DNA of 64,000 nucleotides from Phoronis australis (lineage: Eukaryota; Animalia; Phoronida). The stretch covers positions 90,397 through 154,396 of the forward strand of contig NMRA01000079.1 in NCBI GenBank assembly GCA_002633005.1. The letters run 5' to 3'. Positions within the stretch are counted from its first letter, which is position 1, and each line of letters begins with the position of its first letter. This document shows, one piece after another, positions 12,489 through 25,818 of the stretch. Made by a program: the position numbers and the translations under genes. The notes beneath the pieces were generated by a model, which was given only the letters and a program-made list of their open reading frames with translations, did no database searches and was not told the origin of the DNA.

Positions 12489-13519
12489 TCAAAACGGATT
12501 GATAAAATTCGCCGTGTATGTAGTGTAAGTCCCAAAGGGTGAAACGGCACTTATGGACGCGGTGTAATTCATGCGGTGACGGTATGTCCAAGAAGGAATC
12601 ACGTGGTTGGTGTTTAAAGTGGGCAGTCTGTTATTCACGTTTACAGTACCAGCGCTTAGACCAATCGAAAGTTCGTATCGTAGAGAGCCCGGACCGGTAT
12701 AGTTGAACACACCATACCAATCAAGATGAATATGACTCGTGATGTTGTTTCGATACAGAGTCGGCATTTCCCTGCTTAATTCTGGAGCTCCAACGTAAAA
12801 CGTCACCTTTGTGGTAACCGGATCACTTTTCTGTCCCCCCTTGTTGAGAGCCCTTACCGAAAGGTTGAAAGACTTCAAAAAGTATTCTTTTGTGCAGACG
12901 GTAACGAGCACGGGAGCAACTGTTGTTCCGCTCGTTTGCTGCATGTTAGTACTTGAGATGGTACTAGCGGGAGTGGTGACTTTACCTATGGCAGCCGTTT
13001 CTGAAGTCGTGTTGGTCGAATTACCGGAAGATGGCGGTGCCGTAGTTGTTTCATCTGCAGCTGTTAAGTGTTTCTGATAACAAGAGATATTGAACAGGTC
13101 GCTATCTTTCATTGGCAGATTGTCGAGGATAAAATGTATGTGTCGTGCCACGCTGATATAGTCAATGACGACAGATTCATCGGATACTTTCAGTTCGTAT
13201 GACTGAATACCAGCGATGTCCTTAATTCCAGATATGCTTAAATCTAAGATTCCTGTGTTCGACTGATGACCGGACAAGGCGCTAAAATACGTAGATGAAA
13301 ACGGATGAATAGTCAATTTACCCGAACTTGTGTCGGGTTTTTGAAGGACGATTAGAAGTGGGTCACCGACAACAGTGCTTTCCAAACGCGCCTGGCTGAT
13401 ACACCTGAGTGAAGGATAGATCTTGGCTCCGTGGCTCACCGTCAGGCCGGACGTAGCGGCAGTGGATGGTGTGTTGGTCATTGTCCAGGCTAAGACGTCA
13501 GTGGCGCCATGTAACAAAC
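12489..13519 (-). CDS. Giant EMI-EGF-FN3-like protein, exon 23 (terminal)
   Basis: Acceptor ttccag|GT (phase 1), stop TGA at 12489. Encodes a Thr/Ser-rich linker and a final beta-rich repeat; no hydrophobic tail. Confidence 0.92.
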
Positions 13520-14137
13520 CTGGAATTTCACATATTAGAACTTGCCTAAAAGTGAATTATATTTAATGGCAATATTACAAAGTCTTTCTACAACACTTTG
13601 TCTTGTGTTTTATCACTTCCGTGAAACATTAATTGGCCTGGGATCTCATATTTGACTGAAGACACGGCAGATAAAATTGTAAACGAAACCGTAACTGAAA
13701 ATTTCGGTTACCATGAATGACAGATCTTACAAGATATGTTCAAATACTAATGGTCAATCCACTTTTTCTAGCGCTTGGTGACCAGACAACCTTATTGCGT
13801 GAACGAAAGATGCCTCGCGTTAGTAGTTATGCGATCCTGTGGTAGGTCTTCATGGTTATCACAGACCAGAAAAAGTGTCATACAACGTGAGAATTGTATA
13901 TTAGGTAAGGTAAAAAGCGGACATGTCTCGGAAATTGCAAAATCTCTTCAGTCTATAAATGAGACCACCAACACGAAGGTTTCTTATTATCGACTGAGTT
14001 CTCGAACAAAAATCCCTTAGCAATTAACCACACAATTAACGTTTCATTGTCTTCACATTGTAGAAACAAATTTTGCGAGACCCATTCAAAATTTCACGAA
14101 GGGAAGTTTAGGCCAATATCAATGAAAACTCTTTTTA

Positions 14138-14287
14138 CAGGGGCGGTTCCAGGAATTTGAGTTGGGGGGCAGGGCAGAGTATTAGCCAGATTTTGCCTGT
14201 GAGAAATTCGCACATCCACACAGCCAAATGGAGTCTGGAAGAATTTTAGGGTCATGACTAACTTGGCCCGCCTCAAATCCGCCACTG
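14138..14287. mobile_element. Small hAT-like MITE in an intron
   Basis: TIRs caggggcggttccagg / cctcaaatccgccactg; TSD not clear. Confidence 0.5.
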
Positions 14288-14419
14288 TTTTAGGAAACGA
14301 TTGACATAATTTATTTACACACGATTTAGCGTGGTCATTGGAAATATGAGTTGCCAAGAAGTATTTGAACAGATGTTTGATAAAAATGGCTGCCTTAAGT
14401 AAAACGTAACTGCACTTAC

Positions 14420-15727
14420 CAAGCGCCCAAAAGCATTTGTCAATTTTACTCTCTGCACGAATGGTCCACTCGGCACTGATATCGACCGAAGTTGGATTGT
14501 TGGCAGTATACGTCATAGAGATATTAGCAACAGTTGGAGGTAACCAGTCAATCGTAGTTGGAGTTGACACGACGCTGGTTTGTGCTTCAGCTTCGTTAAC
14601 TACCAATAAAGACACGTAGACTACAAGCCCGTGAGAAACGGACAAGTCACGGAAGATGTTATAGGGTCGTCGGCCAACGTTTTTCAGATATGCAAGCTGA
14701 AGTCCGCCAGGTGTGGTACCGATTCCAATACTGGTATAACGTATTCTACTCTCATAATCCGTTATGGTCCAATGAACGAATAAGTCCGTCAATCCGATCT
14801 GGCGCACAGTAATTGATGCAACTGAGTCAATTGGCGACGTTCTGACGGCTTGTTTCAAGCTTATCTTTGTCACCGTGATTTTTGACTCCTCCACAAGGCT
14901 GAACTCAGTGTTGTCAGCTTCCTCTAACGGTACATCCATAACAAATGTACATTTCGTCAATTCGTCCGTTAGATGGAGCAAGTAGGTGTGGTTGCCTACG
15001 TGAATGTCTGAAAACAGTTGCTTGCATGGCGGTTGTGTTTCTATAAGAATCCTGTAAATACCAGACGACGGAATGCTGACAGTTTGTGTCACCTTGTCCC
15101 GCAATTTTAATCCAGTTTCAAAATCCAGTGTAGTCTTGTTCCCCACTGTCCATGCGCCGTTGAAATTAGCGACACTAACCGTAGAGAAATCGCCGTGGGA
15201 TAATACATCAGTGCCAAGTGATAATACACGATATCCAACAGGTGGCGTTTGATCGTATGTAAATAATGGCGATGCTACGATTGTTTCGTGTCCAGCTGCA
15301 TCTATCGCCTTGACGAGGATATAGTAAGAGGTACCGAGGCTAAGAGACACTGCTGGTTGTGTGACACGATTAGCGATACCAACGTTAACAAAACTTTTGG
15401 TGTTGGCGGTCTTATTGTTATCTCCAATGCCCCAGTGGTATTGCTTTATGAACGAATGTTTGTCACTGAATCCAATCCAACTAATTTCGAATGCATCTTC
15501 GCTTGACATGAAACGACGATGGTGACGCCATCTGCCGTTGAATACAGCTCCGCCCAAGGGCGGCTCATTGTCAATAGTGACACCGTCTGAACTTTTATTA
15601 GCCGTGAGTCCAACGTTGTTTACAGCTCTGACGGTGACGTAGTATTTGCTACCTTGTGGAATACTGAGTCCGGTTTTGGAAAAGGACGTCGCAGTTCCAA
15701 CGTCTTCCATGGGCAAAATGTCGTTCC
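14420..15727 (-). CDS. Giant protein exon 22 (repeats IDNEPP, YDQTPP, IDWLPP and a CBM-like insert)
   Basis: Acceptor ttttag|GG, donor G|gtaagt, phase 1-1, open frame. Confidence 0.93.
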
Positions 15728-17384
15728 CTAAAACGAAAGGGCATTTTCTAACGTTATGTTGAGATTGCAAACAGACCCATAATTAATCTAGTTCATGGAA
15801 GTGACAGTTTTAATGGATATATAAAAGTGCTTGCCAAATACGAAAATACAATTTAGACTGTAACGTACACAGTGTTACTTAGGGCCATGGCACACCCCAA
15901 TGGCTCTCAGAACGACGGTAAAAACAGGAAAGCAGGCGACTGGAAAACCGATTAAGCTACATATAATTATATACTGTATATTTGCACCGAGTTTCTCCCT
16001 GGACGGTGTAATAATTGAAGCATGTTTTGACCACGGTGCACGTTTTCACCTGTCCCCGAGCCCACTTCATCAAGTGTTGGGACAGACGCAAACATTCTGC
16101 GAACACTTATGGTGACAGAGCCCTTTTCTAGTGATATCTCCCTATATTTTTGGAAAACATGCAAACACGCATTCATAAATTGTAAGATTCCTTCTTAATA
16201 TTTTGTACTACATTTTTGTCCTACTATGAACGAATATTTTTGCTTAAAATGTCATGGCCCTGTAACAGAAAAGTAGTTTTCACCACCATCCGGAAAAGGG
16301 ACAAAACTCCAGTGGGAATAGACTAAGCGTAGTACAATGCTAGGAAGAATTATATAGACACTGTCGCATTCGAGGCAAGTTTTTGATCAAAGTGGCCTGA
16401 GACGGGCAAGAATAGGGCAAAAAAGCAAACCAAGGAAAATCACGCGGCCGACCGTTTGGAAAGTATGCTGGAAACCCTAGAACCGCACGATAGCTAAGTG
16501 GCGATTACACGTAGTTTGTCTATAAGGTTGTCTGCGTTCCATAAGCAAAGATTTCAGTTCGCTCTGCAAGTGCTTCGCGTTTAATCGTTAAATCTGCGAT
16601 CGGAACGCCGCCCAGCAATTTCCGATCGTGTCAAGTTTCCGCCCGTTTCGTCAAGTTGTTTAGCCGGACTCAAGAACGAGTTAGGTGCAACAGACCTCTT
16701 AGATTTGCTATGTTCATGAATTGGTCTCCGTGACAGTTTCAAAAACACTTGGCAGTGTTCGACGCTTAGATAGACGGCAGGTCGTAATTGGCGACTTGCG
16801 GAGAATCCCAGGTCGCCAGGTAAATTCCGAGGTTTCCAAAACACACGTCAGAATTGTCGACTAAAAAATGTAAGGCCGTACTCGGTTCTCAGGAGCTTAC
16901 ACACACCTCTAATTTCTCTTGGTAAACAAAATATGCACCATTCAATCGCCAACTCAATTCATTCTGCTAACGAAGATAGGACGCAGACGATCGCATACAA
17001 TGGAGGCACTCGTGTTTCACCGATCTTGTCTCATTTTTGCCGAATAGTTCCGACTTCCGTCAGTTCACTTCCTGTTGTATTTTAAGCGCGTTTGATGTAT
17101 GCTGACTTCTAATGGTGGGAAATGCACTGATTTCGCGAAACAAAGGGCTCCGTTGTGAAGCAAACAAAGGCATTAAAACTAGAAATACTGTTAATAGGTT
17201 GAAACGAATTTCGGGGGAATTGTTGCCTGATTTTGATACTTTCTGTGGCGACACCAGGCCCCAAATAGAGCACTGCTTGGTCAACAGAAGCGTTTTTTTA
17301 AATTAAATAAACAACAAATTGATCACTCAACAAATAATAAAACCTCATTATTTAAGAATTTGGAAATGCAGTGAGATATTTTAC

Positions 17385-18943
17385 CTTCCACAGTCGTGCC
17401 TACTGATACTTCATAATGGTGAATCCCGCTATCAGCATCACTGAAAGTTTTATCCCATCGTGCATAGATGGCGCTAGTTGATTTTGTGTATTCAATGTCC
17501 ACGTTGTCAGACGCAGAAGCGGTATCCCATACTCCGTAACCCTTGGCAACCTTCGGTGGTGTGAAATCAACACGGACTCCGTCGGACTCAACTTCTGTAT
17601 ACTCATTTGCGTTCCACCAGAAACGCACGTACAACGAATATTCTGCACGCTGGAGAAGCGCCTTGTTATATGGTAAACAATACACAGCAGTTTTCACAAG
17701 ACCGTTGTCAAACACAAACTTTTCAGTGATAAGGTTCAACAAACCAGCACCCACGCCTTGTTTCTTCCGGCCAAATCCCCATTCGTAGCGAAAGGCACTA
17801 CCTGTGAGCTCCCAAGTACCGGAGAGACACTTATCAGAAGCCGTGTAATCCTGATTTTTTTTAATATCCAGTCCATCCACGACTTTGAGGTTGCGACTTG
17901 ATGACGTATTTGTACAATCTTGTTCATTGCCATCATGTCTGCAGTTGTAAAATGTTCCGCCATATTCACCGCATGAGCAAACTTTCTTGCACCCAAATAC
18001 TACGCAGGAATGCCGCTGAATGAATAAATTATCAGGAGAGACAACTTTCACGGAGGTCTGGCCAATATCTGACGTCATACCAGCCCCATTGACTGCGTAA
18101 ATGGTAATGTAGACCACGTCACCGACGTTTATGCTGCTGGTGAGTGAGAACGTGTGGCTCTGAACTGCAGAAGAGGAGTCGTGGGCGACCTCTGTTGGTT
18201 TTAATATGTCCCACTTATGGTAGTTAGTTCCAAACGTCACTACGTACTTGTCAATACCAGACTGGCCGTCGTAAAACTCTTCCCATTCCAAATTAGCCGT
18301 CGAGCCACCAGCTCCATAAGTTAGCGTGTGATTGAAATGTCCCAAATGCGGAGGTGTGGAATCAGTTAACAAAGGCTTAGATGTCGCTGTAGTACAGAGT
18401 CCAGCCGCATTACATCCCGTGACTATTGCCCAGAAGCGGTCACCATCTGCCATCTGGTGACTGCCAGCTAAAACAACAGTCACATGGGATGCCGCGTCCA
18501 GATGGTATTCGCTGACTGGGTGTTGGTTGTCATCATGGGATTTCACGTCGACCACGTGACGAACAACAGGACTCTCTCCGTCAGTAAATTCCCAATGAAT
18601 ACGAATAAGTGAAGGGTCGTACTGAGTGTTGGCCTTACGCGACACACCATCAACATTAAATGACGGCGCCGTCTTTGCAGTTGGAGCTGTATTGTCAATA
18701 ATGAAATGGTGGGATGATACGACGGTAATGTGATCGGCATTGTTTGTTGCCTTAATTTTCACGTACAGCTTTTTATGGGGTGTAAGCGACAGGCCACCTT
18801 TATGAACCTGTTTTGTGAGATAGGCGTTAGTGTAGGAGACCTCGCTGCAATCGTCACCATCATCCGTACCAATGCACCATTCGTACCGGCGAATATATGA
18901 ATGCGGATCATTGAATCCGAACCAGCGGATGGAGATGGAAGAC
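17385..18943 (-). CDS. Giant protein exon 21 (IDNTAP, TDSTPP, VDFTPP and a Cys-rich linker)
   Basis: Acceptor ttttag|G, donor G|gtaa, phase 2-1. Confidence 0.93.
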
Positions 18944-19310
18944 CTAAAAATACGAAGGACGTTCATCAAAAACCAATTCCATGCTCCAATTCCGGTAATA
19001 TGTGTTAGCAACTAAGAATCATTATACAGACTGAGCTAAATATTTTTATTCAAGTACTGTCAATTATTTTTGTAGCTGTAAAAATGCACAATTCGAGAGG
19101 GTTGCGCAAAATGTCTCTTTAGTCCTTATCAAATTTGCAACGAAGTTTTATTTGAACTGATCGTCCAAGTTCTCGAAGTTTATTTTTTCAGATTTGAGTT
19201 ATTGTCAATCATTTGCTTCGTATGTACGTTACTCATACTGGGGTTATAAAAATACCCGTGCGGTAAATTCTCCGCCAATCTAAAAACTTGGTTAGATGTT
19301 GACCACTCAC

Positions 19311-19494
19311 GTTTCTGCCTGATACGTGGAATGGTAGTCGTCATATCCCACATTCACGATGCCAGAGAGTGGAGGAGAATTGTCGGCCACTACACCGTCA
19401 GATGTCGCTGTCGTGCACATGTCGATCTCATTACATGCTTTGACAGTGACATAGTACTTCTCGCCAGGGACGAGCTGCATGATGACTGTATATG
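19311..19494 (-). CDS. Giant protein exon 20
   Basis: AYTVIMQLVPGEKYYVTVKACNEIDMCTTATSDGVVADNSPPLSG...; ttctag / gtgagt; phase 1-2. Confidence 0.92.
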
Positions 19495-19982
19495 CTAGAA
19501 TAAGTCCAGTTTATGTTAATCACTTAACAAATGATTCATCAAGTTAAAGGACAAACTGTCTTTACAATGGGCAACGTCCGTGAAGAGGTATAGAGACAAT
19601 GCAGATGCCCAAAGTTTATCTGACAAGTGTGCCTCGCCATTGGCCTAATTCCTTCTTGAGGTACTTCAATCAAGATTGTTACAGAGCAACATTTCCCCCA
19701 CCATAAAGCCAACACGGCAATACTGCATGATCGCTAAGCCAAAACTTTATGACTCTCATTTTGAAGCAAAAGGGAGGGCCATCTTTATACTTCCTTTACA
19801 AATGACAACGTACAGAAGCGAACTTCCAATAATCTTCTGTCCTTATGGACGCCCAAAGTTTCCGTTCACAATACTTGTCATAATCTGTGTCTGCTAGCAA
19901 GACAATAAGCCCTGCCTTCACTTGGCTTCTAAGTCTGTCTATAATCTTTCAGTATACCCAGATATACGTGAAATCCACACAC

Positions 19983-20136
19983 CTGTCACGAGACCAACGC
20001 TCTCGAAAGTATGGGCGTCCTGTTCCCCGCGTTCTGTTCCTACAGCGACGTAATACCTAACATCCGACTCGCCATCTTCAAAGCCAAACCAATTGGCTGA
20101 TATCTCTGTGGTGTCTTGTTGATAATCCCAGTCACC
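19983..20136 (-). CDS. Giant protein exon 19
   Basis: GDWDYQQDTTEISANWFGFEDGESDVRYYVAVGTERGEQD...; phase 0-1. Confidence 0.9.
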
Positions 20137-21016
20137 CTATGATGGATTAATTGGCCAGAGATAATTTCCATCCAAAACCGTCTATTTCAGAGCACCCACT
20201 TAAGAATTGCCTGGGGACGTTGTCATGAGTTTATTTGAATAACGGTTCCCAACTCCAAAAGGCAGGGATTTCGACTAATCAGAATTGTGAAACCTTTGAC
20301 GACAAGAAACTTTAGACACGAGGAAAGTTTTAGGTGTCTCCTATTGGTTAGAGTAACATTCTCATTATAGCATTATAAACATTGTTTAATGATTTGCATC
20401 CAATGGACGGGTCTGTTTCAGGAAAAGTGACCTAAGAGTACTTCAGATAAAAATTGGTGGTCTTAACTTTCATATCTGAAAATACACACATAACTAATAC
20501 ATGTAGGTATTTAGATAATTTCTATAAAATGTTTCTGGACTGTGATGCACTTATTACCCCTTTGCCAGACCTTTATTAAGCAATTGACCAATTGCAAGCT
20601 CCGACTCCGTGCGAAAAGTCGACAAACAAAACAATAAGTTTTACCTGACGACGTGTTGTTTGTCGGTTATAATGGCGGTTTGGACACGAAGGTGTGTCAA
20701 GGATGCTGCGTTCCGATTGGTCAGTTAAACTGTCATTCAAAATCCTGGCGATAGGTTAATTCTGAATAGGGGTCATAAAACCAAACGTCTGTCCGAAGTT
20801 TCAGGGCACTTTTCATGAAACGGACACCTGGTATTCTGCTTTTTGCTGTCGCACAATTAGTCCACCCTTTCAGTGTAAAAACACTCCGGTAAAGCACTTT
20901 CTCAACATGTCGAGGTAGCGTGGTTCTAAGTGAATGGTTTTGCCCGAAGCCCTCGGTTTATTCTCCTGACACCTGCTTATTGGGAACGTTTTGCATTTTT
21001 TCAAACTCGAACTCAA

Positions 21017-21035
21017 CGTGTGTGTGTGTGCGTGC

Positions 21036-21082
<47 letters not shown>

Positions 21083-21096
21083 GTAAGTAAGTAAGT
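21017..21096. repeat. (GT)n plus (GTAA)n compound microsatellite
   Basis: gtgtgtgt...gtaagtaagtaa. Confidence 0.95.
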
Positions 21097-21650
21097 ATAC
21101 TGCCAGACATTACTTTATTTTAAAAAAATTTTGAAACAAAAAGTCATAATTTAAAAAGTGACTTAGTTGTGGTTGACATTTGTAAATTGAAGTAAAGAAG
21201 ATTTACCCGGTAGTGTATTTTTAAGGATTGTCAGTTCTCAACACCTTATGAACATTGTCTCTTAAATGATTTCCCGCCTCTACGCTAGATGGCAACACAT
21301 GTTGCTGTTTGGGCGGGTAAACTCCACTCGATTCAGTGACATGTTTGTTACCTGTGTAACAGTCGCGTCTCCTTCACTGAACTCACACTGCGGGAGACTA
21401 ATCGATACAACTACTAAATGTTCAAAATGTTCTGGACAAGCACCAGGTGCTCTTACGTGACAATAGCTTTGACAAACATGTGTGACATGGTAATAGCCAA
21501 TCAAAGTTTAACGTGAGCTAATAAAAACTGAGGAAGTACTAAGTGTTTCAGAGCATGTGTGTTTTTCCAAAATTTGGGCTAACGAGGAGAAAGGTACACA
21601 ATGCAATAAATAGATACAATTTGAACTCATCTGTCCTGCCCATAACTCAC

Positions 21651-21758
21651 TTGTTTTCTGTCGGGTCCGTCGTAGACATAACCTTTGGCTGGTCCAGACT
21701 TATCACACGTGAAAATAGGAGAGTTGCCTACAGCAGAAAGTCCCACCACATTTGTGGC
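21651..21758 (-). CDS. Giant protein exon 18
   Basis: ATNVVGLSAVGNSPIFTCDKSGPAKGYVYDGPDRKQ; tttcag / gtgagt; phase 0-0. Confidence 0.9.
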
Positions 21759-21930
21759 CTGAAAGTTTCAGAAAAGCAGCGCCATGAGAACACAAACCCA
21801 AGTGCATAACAGAAAAGCAAGAAAACACAATTGTAAAGACGTACATGTATAACTCGCAATGAATTTGAAAATGGGTGCACTTGAATCACTAAGTATAGTC
21901 AACAAAAATAGACACAACTGACATACGTAC

Positions 21931-22241
21931 AAGTATCTGCGCGTAGTAGTGGTGACCTTCTACGAGGGGAAGATCCTGGAAGATAACAAAGTTGTGTGAA
22001 GCTTCGCTGAAAGGTACGACGTCCTGACTGCGCGGGTGAGCTCCTATAGCAACCCTGTACGTGATCAAAGCACTGTGGGGATCACTAAAGTCCTCCCAAT
22101 GTATCTCCAATTGGTCGCATCGAACCACCGGTTGATGTCGAGTTAAGCTCCCAACCCGAACAATGTTGGCTTGTGGGGGCGTTGTGTCAACAAAGATTCC
22201 TTGTGAAACTGCAGTGGCTGATAACCCCACGTGGTCAATAG
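21931..22241 (-). CDS. Giant protein exon 17
   Basis: AIDHVGLSATAVSQGIFVDTTPP...WEDFSDPHS...YYAQIL; phase 1-0. Confidence 0.92.
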
Positions 22242-22339
22242 CTGTAAAATAGGTAACCATCACATTTATAGAGTCAAGACAAGCTGATGCGAGGCCAAGT
22301 TTGAAATCGACAAATCTTACTCAGTGGCAATGACATTAC

Positions 22340-22456
22340 CTTTAACAGAAACATAGTACGTCTTCCCAGATTCCAGGTTAAGACCTGTTGCAGTGGTGGC
22401 CAGAGATTGACCAACGTCAACAAATTCTCGAACGTCCACGGCGCCAGGCGTTGTTC
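22340..22456 (-). CDS. Giant protein exon 16
   Basis: GTTPGAVDVREFVDVGQSLATTATGLNLESGKTYYVSVK; phase 1-1. Confidence 0.92.
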
Positions 22457-22627
22457 CTTAAAACAATATGTTGTAGTTACAAGCATAGCAATGAATAATA
22501 TTGGCACCAACTTTAAAGAGTTGAAAATATTACTAGTATTTAAAACACAAAGTTTCAGTTTACAAATTGTATCATCTTCGTCAACCTTTCTGTCCAAAAA
22601 GTAACACAACTCGTTACTGGAACTTAC

Positions 22628-23411
22628 CTATTCCGTACTTGTAAGTCTTAATTCCTGTAGAATGGAACATAACATCAGCCATTGACTCTTCGATGTCGAC
22701 GAATCCCCACCACCTGACGACCAATTCATGGTTGTTTTGCGTGTACCCTTGTCTCAACGTGTCTACAGCGACAAATCCTCGACTTGGTGGGCTCGTGTCC
22801 ACTATATAGCCATTACTGCACATGCGCAATTCTGGAAGGAACTCCTTTGAGTTCTCTCGAGTCACTACTGTCTGATTGCTGTGAACACAAGTGTAGTACT
22901 TTCTCCCGTGTTGTAAATTCAAGCCACTGAACGTGACAAAATTGTTGACAGTCTGGATTTGGTCGCCAATGCATTCCTTCATACCGTGGGCGCAACCGAA
23001 AGGCATTGGCATAGTTGCATTAGTTCCGTTTACTTTATGACCGGTGAGATTATACGAATACTGAATGTAGTGGTGGACAGCCCCTGGTGTGTCTGTTATG
23101 TACCAAATGTACCATGGATATTGAAGACCAGTGATAGCAGCGGAAACAGACTTTGTGTCGTTAATATAGTCCTTGTCCAACTTGTGGAGAACACGCGCTT
23201 TTTCTTCAAGTTTCTCGCTATTTATTAAATCACGTACACCCAACGTGGTTTGCAGATCGAAAATATAATGGCCCTCGTCAATCCCACTGTCCGATATCTC
23301 AAAGGTTAGAGGCGACGATGCGATAGAGAATGTTCTTAGAGGATTGTATCCTTTCACAGAGAAGTAGATTGCCTTCAGTGGTCTGTGTTTCAGATGCATT
23401 TCGTGAGTCAC
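22628..23411 (-). CDS. Giant protein exon 15
   Basis: ttacag|GTG ... IVDTSPP...YKYGIG|gtaagt; phase 0-1. Confidence 0.92.
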
Positions 23412-23759
23412 CTGTAAAATAGTGTTTTTTAGAAATTATGGCCTTGACTTCGGTAGATCGAGAAATAAATCGATATTCGTTTGGCTTAGAATATTGCAAT
23501 TGCGTTATGTTAACGAAGGGTAAAGAGGTAACACGGACATGAATTTGGTTTTGCAACTGGGTTATCGTTTCATATCAATCAGTACGTAAAAACATTGTTT
23601 TTGTGAAAATTCATTGGTGTTACTGTAGACAAGACCCTCAGCTGGTCTAGCCATATGAGTGGTACTGTGTCCAAAATTAGACAACGTCTTGGTATTCTCC
23701 GCAGAAGGGCTTCTGCAATATTTCTGTGCTTGTATATTTCCTCTGTTAGTTTATTGTTT

Positions 23760-24372
23760 ATTTGTTTTCCTCTCTAATGAATGCTCAGACGCAGGCGGCC
23801 AGACTTGTTCTATATGTACCTGTTGACACTCCATCAACTAATATGTTTAACAGACTGGGGTGGCTCCCTATTGGCAAATATTTTACATTTTGGCGTTTGT
23901 ATATGATGTATATTTTCACAATAATGTACCAACTTATTTATCCCATAACCTTGTACTTGTTCGAAATAGCAACCCAAATCAGGACAAGATTTTCTACCTC
24001 AAACAATTTGGTTTTGCCTAAACACAGACCTTCGTTTTACTCAAAGTCCTTCTTTATTCAGGCCATTTAACAGTGGAACAACTTGCCAAATAGAAGAAGG
24101 CTGACCGTTATGATGACTTCAGACTCAAACTCATTAGTTACCTGTGGTCGTCATAGCTGTCCCTCCTTTTGTCACTCCAATGTGTATACAATATCAAAAA
24201 ATATTTATTTATTTTTAATTCAGTTTGTATATCCAATTTGTAAATGCTCCTTATTTATTTAATTTAATTTTTGCTGTACAGGACCACGCTCTATATTAGC
24301 CTTTGGCTGAAGCATGTTTTATATCTAATTTATTTCATCCTCTATAAATAAAGTTTATAATTATTATTTATT
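23760..24372 (+). mobile_element. 3' end of a CR1/L2-group LINE
   Basis: AQTQAARLVL...MFNRLGWLPI...RTRFSTSNNLVLPK...KSF...QWNNLP is the typical post-RT C-terminus. Ends with aataaa and an (ATT)n tail. Confidence 0.8.
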
Positions 24373-25120
24373 TACAACACAGTTAACATACTATTATACA
24401 ATTTCAAGTAACATAGTAATGTTATTACAATGATTGTTATAGAGTTACGGTGTTATGAAGGACCTTACTGACAACGGTGTATTTAGGCAAATGTCTGTTT
24501 AACTATATATTCATAAAGCACAAAAATGGTTCTAGATGATCATTGCAATGGGTCCACATGCGCAGCCTGCGCACGTGTGGTGCAACGTGTACAATACCTC
24601 CTGATATTATTTTAGATAGATTTCTTCAAAATTTAAGATTCTAACTCAGCAAAAATAAATATTATAAAAATTGAAAGCCCGTAGAATTTTATGTTTGGCT
24701 TATTATCCGTTTGCCATTAATTGGGTCACGTGTTTTCAGGAAAATTTAGCGAAAAGGGTTCATTCACATTAGATTAAAGGTATTAAGAGCACGTGTAAAA
24801 TTCGTTAACAGCATATATTCAAGATAAAATCTCCATAACTCTATTGTAGTTTTCTAAATTATCATTTCATATTCGTTTTACGCATTTTTTATTATTTGTT
24901 ATCCTATTTTGGATAACCACTCATGCAAAATTCATGAAAAGAATACTACGTTGACAACCTATCCGGTAGAGATTTGGCAAAGCAACGGTTTGCGCACCAC
25001 AGAATCTGGCGGTTCAGATCAAAAACACCATGATGCTGTAGTTAATTAAATCGCCTCAGGCTACTGATGCTATCGTGATCACAATTGGGGACGATATTAA
25101 TTTCGTTTTGAAAGTTTGTA

Positions 25121-25267
25121 AATAGCCTATTTGAATAGCTCGTGAAACGCGCACGTGATTGGGTTTTTGAATAGCCTATTTGAATAGCTCGTGAAACGCG
25201 CACGTGATTGGGTTTTTGAATAGCCTATTTGAATAGCTCGTGAAACGCGCACGTGATTGGGTTTTTG
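25121..25267. repeat. Three identical 49-bp tandem repeats
   Basis: aatagcctatttgaatagctcgtgaaacgcgcacgtgattgggtttttg x3. Confidence 0.95.
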
Positions 25268-25488
25268 AATTTTGGATGTTGGACAGCAAATGTGACTTAC
25301 AACCTAAACGTTTGCATAATGTTGCAATATGTTCCTCATTAATTCTGCTAAGAGTGAAACATAATTGGGCCAATTAACAAACCACCAGCAGTTGGATTTT
25401 GAGATGATCCAAGAGTCATTGTGCAATTCTAGGCGTGTTGGAACATTTGAAATACAATTCCTCACAGCGTTTCGGAGAACAGGACATG

Positions 25489-25658
25489 AACCATGTTATG
25501 TGACAGTCTCATATGAAACTAGTCCGACCAGTCGCTCATGACATAAACCATGGAATGTGACAATCTCATATGAAACTAGTCCGACCAGTTGCTCATGACA
25601 TAAACCATGGAATGTGACAGTCTCATATGAAACGAGTCCGACCAGTCGCTCATGACAT
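25489..25658. repeat. About three 57-bp tandem repeats
   Basis: aaaccatggaatgtgacagtctcatatgaaactagtccgaccagtcgctcatgacat unit. Confidence 0.9.
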
Positions 25659-25818
25659 ACAGTATAGTATGATAAACAACGTTGACTAAATTTGGTCGTT
25701 TTTTCTAGAGTCCAGCTGCATAACATTAGCATTTTGCATTTCGAGGAAACAAAACAGTTTGATCAAAACGCTTGTGAAAACCTCTTTTTACTTAACGTGA
25801 AGTAATCATTTTATTTAC

